Shown one piece after another: positions 25,170-36,183 of a stretch of DNA of 52,473 nucleotides; the first letter of the stretch is position 1, and the number at the start of each line of letters is the position of its first letter. The notes below the pieces were generated by a model that searched no databases, was not told the DNA's origin, and saw only the letters and a program-made list of their open reading frames with translations. The stretch lies in the NCBI GenBank assembly GCA_010093995.1, contig ML992510.1, positions 633,504-685,976 on the forward strand. The letters are read 5' to 3'. The position numbers were made by a program, and so were the translations under genes. This DNA is from Elsinoe ampelina (Eukaryota).

Positions 25170-26899
25170 ATGCGTAAGTCAATCCAGAGGAGACAAACGA
25201 CGCACATTTACTGACGACCATATCACAGCGACCCAAACCATAACCCGACCGATGTGGACCAACCTCAATGGTACCAGCATACAAGTCCCAAGCACAATCA
25301 CACTCGACCCATAACCAACCTACGGCCCCGTGAAAAGCTGCGACCTCTTCCTCAAACCACTGTGGAATCAGTGGACCACTGCCGCCGCGAATTTCTCCGC
25401 AGTCGGCACCACCTACCTCTACATCGACCCCAACGTGAACACGACCAGCACTTCAGTGACATGCACGCCTTCCGTCCTATCGCAGGTACCCGACCAGTAC
25501 GGACGACCATACGGCAACCGATTCCCAGTCACCATCGATGACGAATGCAACTTCTACGTCTCGGTCCTCGCTCCCGCCGGACGAGGAAACAGTCTGACAG
25601 CCATGTAAGTCCACCCCATCTCCCGCGTCACCCCAGTCAACGACTCACCAACCTCCCAGGTCCTACGATCAAGGGAAAACCCAGCTCGACATCGGCCCCG
25701 TCGTCACATTCCAGTACTACGGCGGCACCAGGACCGACATCGGAGGCTACGAAGCCTGGCGATGGTCGACCTGGTTCCCGGCCGGACCGCAACCGTACAC
25801 CGGCGTGGTGTCGCAGTCGACGAAACTCAAGCCGGACGGGTCGATAGACGAGACGTTCTGGCACATGCCCGATTTGAGTATCATGTACCCTGATATACCG
25901 GACCTTACGTCTTGCAAGGGTATCCATATGGAGACGACGCCGAATCAGCTTACTGCGGCGAGGTTCCTGACGGAGTATATCACGTTGCCCAAGGCGGTGG
26001 CGGGAGGTTTGACGGTGCCGCCTATGGGCCAGCCGAGTGCTGCGCCGGTGCCGAGACCGAATAATCCGGCGCCGACAGCGTCGAGTAGTCCGATCGGTGG
26101 ATCTGAAGCCGGGGCGTCTGTCAAAGAGCCCTCGGTCGGTCAAGGCTCTTCGCCGACGTCGAGTGGCGGGCAAGGGCAGCCTGCTGCGCCGGGCGGGTCG
26201 TCACCAGCAGATGGTGTAGTGGTCCCAGGACAGAACGGAGGCAGCAATACTGGTGGGAGTGGTGGTAGCAATGCTGGCGGAGCCAACAATGCTGACGGGG
26301 CAGGCAGACCAGCGTCAGGAGGCCCTTCGCCACCGAGAACGACAGTTCCAGCTCTGATCCTGCCCGACCGCCAGACATTGAGGGCAGGGGCTCCTGCTTC
26401 CACTGTCTCTGGGCACGTGATCTCACTGGGACAAGATGGACTCGTGCACGTTCGGCCTGCAGAAGAGGATAGCAGTACTCCAGGATCGCAAAGCCCGGAG
26501 GTGGTGTTGAGCCTCCCCCAGATTGCAGCCGCTGGTGGCATCGAGGTCGACGGCGTCAAGATTCCTGCTTTCGGTACAGTTGTAGTCGAGACGACTTCTG
26601 GTGAGCAGGTGTCTGTTGGTCAAAGTGGTAGTCCACAGTCTCCTGATGCAGGTGGGGAGATAGCACCAACACCTGGTTCGCGAGTCGGTCAGGCTATATC
26701 AGGTATAGGAGCCTGGGTCATGAGCGGACTCGGAGCGTCGGGATCGAAGAACACACAAACCAGTGGGCCCTCAGGCAACCCATCAAGTCGACCAGGATCG
26801 AACTCGACCATCGTGCCATTCACCGGCGCCGCGTCAAGACCAGTCGCAGCGCTGGCAGCGCTCGGCAGTGCCCTCTTCGTAGTCATATGTATACTATAA
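25170..26899 (+). pseudogene. Tandem family copy 4, interrupted by in-frame TAA at codon 30
   Basis: Exons 25170-25173, 25229-25604, 25660-26899. Motifs VGTTYLYIDPNVNTTSTSVTC, MPDLSIMYPDIPDLTSC, PALILPDRQTL, WVMSGLGAS, FTGAA tail. TAA at 25312-25314 lies in the homologous frame. Confidence 0.7.
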
Positions 26900-27915
26900 T
26901 CCAAAATGTCATCAAAGGAATGGATGGCTTCGGATATCGCTCCAAAGGATCACGAGACGTGACGGCCGAGGAAAGCAAAAAGACGGGGAGGAGTAGTGGA
27001 GACTTCATCTGCTTAGGGCATCCTATGAACCGTGTGCTGTGGGAAGTCCGGAGCCGAGGTCTGCTGGTCCTCACTGGAGGAGCTGGATGGTGGGGGTGGA
27101 TTTAGTCCGGATCGCGATGTGGGATGGGCCTGTCATCTGCTGCTAGCTCGTCGAGGCGCGAGGGGGGCGATGGGGCTTTGCGGCGTGTGTCATCGCGCAG
27201 GCTATTGAGGTGTCGGTATGACTGTATGGGATAGACCATACGATGTGGAAACTTTTGCTCGTCAAACTGAGCATTGACTGCTCATTCGAAATTGAAAACT
27301 GGTGCGACTGTGCCGTTGTGAAAAGATCAGCGTCAGATGACGCGGGATCCGTCAGTGCAAGCCCAGGGCAAGCCTCCGATTTTTAAGCTTGTCAGCCGCA
27401 GACGTAGGTACTCTAAGGCCCAGAGTGTGCCATGGTACACGGTACAGTACCTTGCGATGAAACTGGCTTGCTGCTGTATGTTCTCTGTGTGATTGACATG
27501 AGAGCTGCAGCAGCAGCGTTGACCCTGCGGAGGACTTTTTGCTTTTGCTTCTCAGATCGTGCAAATCATTGGCATACTCGTCCTGGTACAAGGGCAAGCT
27601 ATCGTAGATCTGACATGGAAAAAGGTGTGACAAGGATCCCATCCGTCCACGGCGGATAAACGCACGCCGAGTTGGTTCTCCGCACCATGACCATGCAGAT
27701 CATGACTGCGGGACCTCCTTTGGAGCTCCAGTAAGATGCGGAGTCTCTCGTTGGAGTCTCAGAGTCTTGTCGTGAGCACGGTGAGCACGGGAACGAGCTT
27801 GGCCCTTCATAAGCCCCCGTCTTGCACCCAGAAGCTTTTGCTTCGCATTCCTCAGCCTTTTCTTGACGAAGCTTGTCACGCCTGTTTACCCACCAGAAAC
27901 ACGCGACTGCCCACC

Positions 27916-30182
27916 ATGGCCGAGAAACACTCCCCAGACCTCGTCGACAAGGAGGAGATCGCACACGATAACAAAACCGACAAACAGTTCAATGATATCA
28001 GTCAGGCTGACACGGCCGCTCGTCGCCAGTCGGTCGCCGTGAACATTGTCGAGAACCCGTTGAAGGTACTGTATCGAGGCTAAGCTTCGCCATGCCCGCA
28101 CGCGGGGACAGCCACTGACATCGCTACCCAGCGCCTTTCCAAAGAGCAAGCTGTCGCCAATGCAGAAGAGTACTGTCGCGCACATGGCCTCGACGAACAT
28201 GTCGACCTTTTCGGACGTGCTGCGCTCGTTGCGCGCGAGCCAGATAATTTTGCTGCTTTGAGCACACTCAGCGAGGACGAGCAGACGGCCTTGGCTTATG
28301 AGCGAGACCACAAATGGCACGGCCCGACTATGCTTTGGTATTCCATCGGCCTCTGTGCCATTGGCGCTGCCACACAGGGTTGGGATCAGACTGGCTCCAA
28401 TGGTGCCAACCTGTCGTTTCCTCAGGAGTTTGGCATCCAGGACAACGATCTGCTCATTGGTATCATCAACGCCATCATCTTCTTGACCGCAGGATTGATG
28501 TGAGTATATTGAGCTCTTTAGAATCGCGTGTGCTAACGGCAGTGATACAGCGGCGCCTTCATCGTTGATCCTCTCAACCACTACTTCGGTCGCAGAGGCG
28601 AGATCTTCATCACTGCATGCTGCCTGACAGCTACCCCAATCGGCTCAGGGTTCGCCAAGTCGTGGCAAGGACTGTTCGCTGCTCGTTTCATTATGGGTAT
28701 CGGAATTGGCGCAAAGAATGCTACTGTGCCCATCTACTCTGCTGAGATGGCTCCTGCCCGCATTCGTGGTGCGCTCGTCATGTTCTGGCAGCTTTGGGTT
28801 GTCATTGGTACGTTTCGCCGCTCAACTTTTGGAAGATCTAGAATTGATCCCTCCAGGTATCTTCCTCGGCTTCTGCGCAAACGTTATCGTAAAGGACGTT
28901 CCACGCATCGCCTGGCGTCTGCAGCTCGGATCTGCTTTCATCCCGTCTTTCATCCTCGGTGTCGGCATCTTCTTCTGTCCAGAATCGCCACGTTGGCTCA
29001 TGAAGAAGGACAGGCATGCTGAGGCCTACAAGTCCATGGCTCGTCTGCGAGCACATCCCATCATCGCTGCGAGGGATTACTACTACTCGTATGTCATCTA
29101 CAAGGAGGAGTTGGCTCAGGCTCGCGGCGCGGGTTACTTCAGACGCTTGGCGGACTGCTTCTCCATCCCAAGGATCAGGCGTGCGAATTACGGAGCTTCG
29201 ACTGTCATGATCGCCCAGCAGATGTGCGGTATCAACAGTACGTCCTGGTCGACAGCTTTACCGGGAATGAGCAAAGGCTAACACCTCACAGTCATCTCCT
29301 TCTACAGTTCCAGTATCTTCGAACGAGCTGGATACAACACTGACGAAGCCTTGTTTGCATCGCTTGGATATGGTGCTGTTCAAGTCGTCTTTACCATTCC
29401 TACTCTCTTCCTTATCGACACCAAGGGTCGTAGAACTCTCACCTTGATCGTCAGTACACCAATCTGTTTGCATCTGCACGCGCTGACCAGTCGCAGACTT
29501 TCCCTCTGATGTGCATCTTCTTGCTGGCGGCTGGATTGTCGCTGCTCAAGGATACTGGTAGCCGTGCCGCACAGGTCGGACCAGTCGTACTTTTCATCTA
29601 TCTCTTCACAATCATGTATTCTCTGGGTGAAGGACCTGTCGCATTCCAGTACTCCGCTGAGGTCTTCCCTACCATCCAGCGTGAGCAGGGTATGGCCTGG
29701 GCTGTCTGCATCAACAACACCTTTGGTAAGCTTGTTTATGCTCTCAATCCTGCCGATTACTTACAATTCCTGTAGCTGGTATTCTATCCTTCACGTTCCC
29801 CCGCATGCAGAACGTCATGACACCGACTGGAGCCTGTAAGCACAAACCGTATGTCCTTGCAGACATACTGCTAACCCATCACAGTCGGCTTCTACGCCGG
29901 ACTCAACCTCATCGCATGGGGCATGATCTTCTGCTTCGTCCGAGAGACCAAGCAATTGACCCTTGAGGAGTTGGACCGTAAGTGGCTGTTACCTGCCAAA
30001 CCGATCATCTACTGACGTCATCCGCAGAGGTCTTCTCAGTCCCGACGAGCCAGTTCATCAACCATGAGCTCAAGGTCTGGCTCCCATACTTCATCAAGCG
30101 CCACATTCTCCGCAAGAATGTCGTCAAGCCACCTCCAATCATTGAGAAGGGAGAGAAGACGGATCCTTATGAGAGTCCTTAG
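27916..30182 (+). CDS. MFS sugar porter (sugar/polyol/inositol transporter family)
   Basis: About eight introns (first 28066-28131). QGWDQTGSNGANL, PIYSAEMAPARIRGALV, PESPRWL, QQMCGIN, YSAEVFP, ETKQLTLEELD. Confidence 0.92.
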
Positions 30183-31337
30183 AAGCATCGGCTCTGACAT
30201 GGGCCGCAGTACAAGCGGTGGGAGGCATAAATCTGCATGGTTCTGATAGATGTAGATGGCAATGTTTGTTACCTTCCTCGTAATCGATACCCCTTGTTAT
30301 AGTAAGCATGATCTGCCTTGTTTGTGGCCGTACGGATGCCTGTCGCATGCGGTAAGATACCCGGGACAAGCTCCCACCATCGCCAGTGAGAATACTATAG
30401 TACTGCAATTGTATCGTCAAACTCCTCTTCATTAGATTATCCTTGATTCGTATGACATTTTTTCCTTGACAAAAGTCGGAGAAGGAAGGATGCGGCTGAA
30501 TCGTGAAGGGCAGGATAGCCGAGCAACCCGGTGAACGACTCCTCGCCAGCTGAACCACGATAGCAATCTTATTCAAAGGCCCGAGTCGCTCTTTCACAAC
30601 TTGATTGGTCAACGGGAATGTGTTAACAGGCGTTGAGAATCATCAGCATCCCACGTCTTCCGGGAATGTGTCGACGGCGGCAATCCGCGCCACGGCACCA
30701 GGGGACTGGCGAGAACATAGAACCGCCCTTTCCATGCCTCGAGACACTCACTTTACCTGTGCCATGTACCGCCCATGGCGCAACGATTGGGAGTTCGGCA
30801 GGCTGATCGAACCACTCCGTAATCACGTCATCAATAAGCTGCAGGTGGGTATTCCCAACCTGGAGACTTGGGCATCTATTCCATTCATGGAGCACCATCT
30901 GGCTTGGACCGCGGCTACTGTTCAGGGGCTGAGGATCCCGCTTCACGAGGGTCATGCGGAGGAGTATATCCGTGTGCTGGCCGATCATGGCTGCAGGGGA
31001 GCTCGAGGAACTATACACAGCACAGGATAGTCCGTCCACTGGGAAGTCAAAGGGGAGATCGATCGTGCAACGTCATGCTTACTGAGTCAGTCAAGTTCGG
31101 TCCACGGTGGAGGTCAGAGTACAACCATCGTACCTTCACAACCGGGAAGCGCACTTTGAACAATCGTATTTGTGCTCAACACGTAGCAGGTCAACGATTC
31201 ATATACAGCAAACAGAAAAAGGACCAAACGAGTGTATCTCCTAGTTGGCTCATTGACATCTGCACCCCTCCTCCAATCCTCCCAGCCCCTCAGTCTCCCC
31301 AAGGGACAACCGACTCTCCAGATCAAGACACGTCCTG

Positions 31338-31871
31338 CTAAGGGGTCCCCTCCCGCACTCTCCACCTGATGGTCAACCTCACGGCCCTCCCCACCTCACG
31401 AGTCTGCGCCCTCCACGGTGCCACGACCGTGTGCGACAAGGTCTGCAAGGCGCCACGACTCGTGGCAGCCAGCCGGTTGCGCTGAATGGCGACTTCTTCA
31501 TTGCCATGCCTGACCGACAACTCCATGTACTGCAACGGGGTGAAGCGGAAAGCGTGTCCCAAGTTGATGGCGAGAAAGGCGCCGCCGTCGGCGCGTGACC
31601 ACGCGTCGGCGATTACGGACGGGTTGGCTCCGCCGCTTGTGGCTTGGCTGGTGGTGCCGACGGCCGAAGGGGGCACGAGGATGTCGAAGCTGTTCCAGGG
31701 GGGCTCGCGGCGGAAGAAAGGGACGCAGCTACCTATGTTGCAGAAGCTTTGACGGGGGGAGAGGGAGTTGGAGGAGTGTGTCTCTTGGGGGATCGGCTTG
31801 GCGCAGGTGAGAGGGAGGGTGGTGGCTAGACAGGCTAGGCTGGTGACGAGGGAAGAGAGCTTGAGCTGCAT
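31338..31871 (-). CDS. Small secreted protein, effector candidate (177 aa)
   Basis: Signal-peptide-like MQLKLSSLVTSLACLATTLPLTCA-KP, short propeptide ending LSPR-Q, then a CNIGSC Cys pair; TATA-like TTATAA ~80 nt upstream; no recognisable domain. Confidence 0.7.
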   Translation of the reverse strand: MQLKLSSLVTSLACLATTLPLTCAKPIPQETHSSNSLSPRQSFCNIGSCVPFFRREPPWNSFDILVPPSAVGTTSQATSGGANPSVIADAWSRADGGAFLAINLGHAFRFTPLQYMELSVRHGNEEVAIQRNRLAATSRGALQTLSHTVVAPWRAQTREVGRAVRLTIRWRVREGTP

Positions 31872-32667
31872 CCTTGTTGCTTTGATGGGGGTGGTAGTAG
31901 GGGTGTCAGGTTATGTGTTGTTGTCGTCGTTGAGGCGGGCCACACGCCATTTATAACTTGCCTAGTCGAGGGCACGTTGCTGTTTCTACATCGGGCTATA
32001 TATCCCTTCATCCGGGCAGAAATGGGAGGACAGACCCAGGCAAATGATCACCCCCACTGCCCTCTGCTTCACAAGCCTCGGTACGATTATATGTCATAGC
32101 CCGAATGAGGGTAGCAAAGCTTATTAGTCTGTGGAAGCAACGTGAGAAGCGTCATATCGACATACTCAAGGAATTTCAGAAGGTTGTGTGACTTGGCCGC
32201 TTGGTGATAGGCGTCGGGGCAATCTCTGGAGGTCAGGGTAACGAAACCTATGTAGGGTGGCTGAAGGCATTACAGTACTGCACGACTGCTCCTTCGGTAC
32301 GCCCTTGCACCAATTTCCACCAAACCTTTCCTACAGCGAGGGTTGGAATCTGCCTCTCATCACGATAGGTACAGTTATAGTGAAGCTTGTCACACTGAGG
32401 CTTCCTGACATGTTTCCGTCTTGCTCTCTCATCGTATGAGAAACTTTGCAACCTTGGGAAATATGAATAGCATGCCAAGAGTCGTGTCTGATGATGGTCG
32501 AGCGATGCTGCTCTGAAGCTCTCGGTCCAGACTCGGACACTTCGGACAATTCTCTCCCGACAGCAACCGAGGCAAGCCACTCTACGTAGGGCTGGACCAT
32601 TCAAGCTTCACATGTCTGACATAACTCACTCTGCCATCCGTGCTCTCCTTCCATCTCAACCGCGACC

Positions 32668-33725
32668 ATGACAACCGTAACAGAAGGCACCCACACCCTC
32701 CCCGACGGTCTCTCCGTCTACACCAAAACATGGAAAGCAAGTTCCCCCACCCCCATCCCACAGCCTCCCTCCTGCCCCTCCCCCCCCCAGGCTCCCCTCT
32801 CCCTCCCTCCAACTAACCTCCCCACCCCCACAGGCCTCCCCGGAAACCGCCCGCCTCCTCTTCCTCCACGGCTTCTCCGACCACGCCAACAACTACGAAG
32901 ACCTGCACCCCTACCTCTCCTCCCGGGGCATCACCGTCCTCGCCTTCGACCAACGCGGCTGGGGCCGCACCTGCGCCACGCCCTCCCACCGCGGTCTCAC
33001 GGGCCCCACCACCCAAGTCCTCTCCGACATCACCGCGCTCCTGCAAACGCTGCTCCCGTCCCCCGTCCCAGTCTTCCTCATGGGCCACTCCATGGGCGGC
33101 GCCGAAGCGCTGTACTACACCTGCTCCGACCCGGCCGGGCTGGTGCGCGAGCTCCGCGGCACCGTCGCGCTGGCCCCGCTCATCGCGCTGCATCCCCGCA
33201 CGCGACCCAATGCCGCGACGGTGTTCGTGGGGCGGCTCGCCGGACGCTTCCTCCCTGCGCGCCAGATGGTGAATAAACTCGACCCGGACTTGCTCTCGCG
33301 CAATCCCGAGCGCAACAAGGAGTGGGTTGAAGACGAGCTGTGTCATGATACCGGGACGCTGGAGGGGTTGGCGGGTATGCTGGACCGTGGGGCGGGGTTG
33401 GAGAGTGGGAAGGTCATGTTGGGACCGGGGAGGCATGACGGGGGCAGGAGTAGGGTGTTGGTTGTGCATGGGACGGGGGACGAGATTAATGCTGTTGAGG
33501 GGAGTAGGGGGTGGGTGGAGAGGAGTACGGCCGAGGATAAGAGGTTTTGGGAGCTGGAGGGGTGGTTTCATAATCGTGAGTGTTTCGCGCGAATGGATGA
33601 GGGGGAGGGAACTGACACAGGCAGTGCATATTGAGCCGGAGAAGGAGATGTTTAGGGAGGGAGTGGCGGATTGGATCTTGGAGAGGGCAAAGGGGGAGCA
33701 GGAGCAGCAGCAAGCGAAGCTGTGA
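32668..33725 (+). CDS. Alpha/beta hydrolase, monoglyceride lipase/lysophospholipase (Yju3-like)
   Basis: FLHGFSDH, FDQRGWG, nucleophile elbow GHSMGG, VVHGTGD, catalytic His in WFHNLH; introns 32737-32833 (GC-AG) and 33576-33624; ends -AKL. Confidence 0.9.
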
Positions 33726-33861
33726 GCAAAGGTAGGTCGGGATGCAAAAGGCGTCATGGTGGATACGGTCGATACCACGTTTGATTTGGGATAAGCAGGT
33801 CAGGTCATCTATCATTATATCTTCTTCTATACAGCCCGTCCGACCTCATTAGTCATTATTT

Positions 33862-36183
33862 TCATGCTCGGAGGAGCTTTTCTAGTGCGCCCTCTTCGTC
33901 CCCGACGAGCATACATTTTGTGCCTTCGCAGACCTGTACAAGTTCTTTATTTCCGAGACCTTTGAGCGTCTCGTTCTTGCTCTCGAGCCATTCTCCTGCT
34001 CCGCTTTTGCCGATACGGAGCACGACCACGCCGGGCCAGACGCCTTCTCTGATGGTCTGCAGTGCCTTGTCCGCCTTCTTGCCTTCTCCAGCGATAAGAA
34101 CGCTCTTGACGCCGAGTCGGCTCATGACAACGCTGCCCAGTAAGCCAGTCATAAGGCCAGGGTGTTGACCCAACTCGACCTCGAATGTTCGGAGCGTCTT
34201 CAGTGCCAGATCTTCGAATGTTGCCTCGCCGGTGCCGATCTTGCCCTCGATGCTGGTAGTATTGAGCAGAGCACCGAGGCGGAACAGATTTGATGCCGAG
34301 ACGCCGTTCGTGGATGGCTCGGCGTTGTCCATGGCGTCTTTGCTTCGGATCAGGACATCTTGGGCGTCTTTTTCGGTGGAGAAGAAACCACCGCTACCCT
34401 CGTGGTCGGAGAACAGGCGGATCTGAGTTTGCTGAAGGTGATAGACCCATTCAAGCCATGCCGGATTTGTTGTGGCGGTGTAAAGGTCGAGAAGACCGGT
34501 GATCAGGTGGGCATAGTCATCGGCAAAACCAGGGACCAAACCAGGTGACTCCCTGTAAACACGCTTGAGTGTGTGGTTCGAGGAGTTGTAGAGCTGTTCT
34601 TTGATAAAGTTGGCGGCACGAGAGGCCGACTCAAGATAATTCTGCGCCTCTTGTGGTTGTGATGACAGTAGAGCTGCCGCGGTGCGAGCCATGGCAGATA
34701 TAGCTAGTCCGTTCCAAGATGTAAGAATTTTGTCGTCAAGATGAGGTCGCGGCCTGTTCTCGTCCCGATGCTTCAGCAGTGCAGCCTTTGCTTTCGTGAT
34801 CAGTGAGATAGCATCGGACGAAGATAGCGAGTGCTTGGTGGCGAGGTCGTCAACGCTTGAGGTTATGCAAAGGGTGTTCTGGCCTGTAAGCTCTCCCTGC
34901 GCATCAAACCTCGGTGAAACATTCCCGTCCTCCATGACATTGTAGTATTCTGACACCAACGTAGCAGTCTTGTCATCGTTGACCACCTTCTTGATCTCAT
35001 CGGAAGTCCACACGTAAAAGGCGCCTTCTTTGTGCTCCTTCGAATCGAAGGTCGGGGCGCTGTCGGCATCTTCGGACGCGTGATACGCACCATCTTTTGA
35101 CTGAATTGGTTCAGTGGAGAGATAGGTCGCAATGTCATGGACAGTGTCCAATAGTAACGGATCCTTTGTGATCAAGTAGCCATCCAGGTAAGCATTGAGT
35201 AGCTGCGCGTTGTCGTATAGCATCTTCTCAAAGTGAGGAAGGCTCCAATCGCGTGTGACCGAGTACCTGGAAAATCCATGGCCGACTTGGTCTTTGATAC
35301 CACCCTTCGCCATCGCCTTGAGAGTCTGTATGACCATATCATGTGCCTTTGCAGTCTCCTCTTCCCCGACAATGTCTTGAACGGTAGCAGGCCATTGTCC
35401 GATCCGGATCAAGAAGGAAAGGTGGGACGGGGTCGGAAATTTGGGAGCACCACCGAAGCCGCCGTACTTGCTGTCGAATCTGTGCTTGTAGTGCTCATAA
35501 GCATCTTCCAGAAGCTCAATATCTGGTAGCTCTGGCTCGCCATTGGTTGCACTGTCGGTCCTGGCGCCGCTGCCAGACAAAGTGCCTTCTTGCGCAAATT
35601 GTCTAAGCTGGGCCGTAATGGTCCCTGCATCTTCTCTGCACTTTGCTTCTTGCTCTTTCCATGCGAGGGACACCTTCTCGAGGATACGCTCAAATTCGGT
35701 TCCATAAGCCTTGCGATCGGCGTCCGGACCAGGCCAGTAGGTACCGCCATATATGGGCTCGAGTTGGGGGGTGACAAAGACGTTCAATGGCCAACCACCA
35801 CCTCCAGTGGTAGCCTGCAGAAAGTCCATGTAGACTCTGTCGACATCGGGTCGCTCCTCACGGTCGATCTTGATCGGGATGAAGTTCTCATTGAGGATGC
35901 TGGCAATCTTGGGATGGTTGAAAGACTCGTGGGCCATGACATGGCACCAATGGCATGCGCTATAGCCTATCGAAACGAAGAGTAGCTTGTTGGTCTTGCG
36001 GGCGAGCTCGAGCGTCTGTGGCGTCCATAGCTGCCATGCTGTTGGATTGTCCGAGTGGGATCTAACCTGGGAAAAGTGTCAGAAAGGCAGGCATAAGAGG
36101 GAAGAGTATCAATTGCTCACATATGGTGATTTGCTCTCTAGACATTGGTTCGTGAGCTTGGAAGCTTGAGCCGAGGTGGACAT
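33862..36183 (-). CDS. SPATA20/YyaL-like protein (thioredoxin-like DUF255 + six-hairpin glycosidase-like domain)
   Basis: SKSPY|VRSHSDNPTAWQ, SIGYSACHWCHVMAHESF, KIDREERPDVD, GGWPLNVF, PHFEKMLYDNAQL, DDKILTSWNGL; intron 36067-36120. Possible upstream in-frame ATG at 36360. Confidence 0.93.

Noticed and set aside
18253..26899. Array as a transposon-derived or recent segmental repeat
   Set aside because: Similarity is mainly at the protein-motif level, there are no TIR/LTR or transposase relics, and there is no RIP-type AT enrichment; this fits old gene duplications.
30605..31030. 141-aa plus-strand ORF between the sugar porter and the secreted protein
   Set aside because: Non-ATG start, no recognisable motif and no convincing splice structure; could be an orphan or relic but is unsupported.
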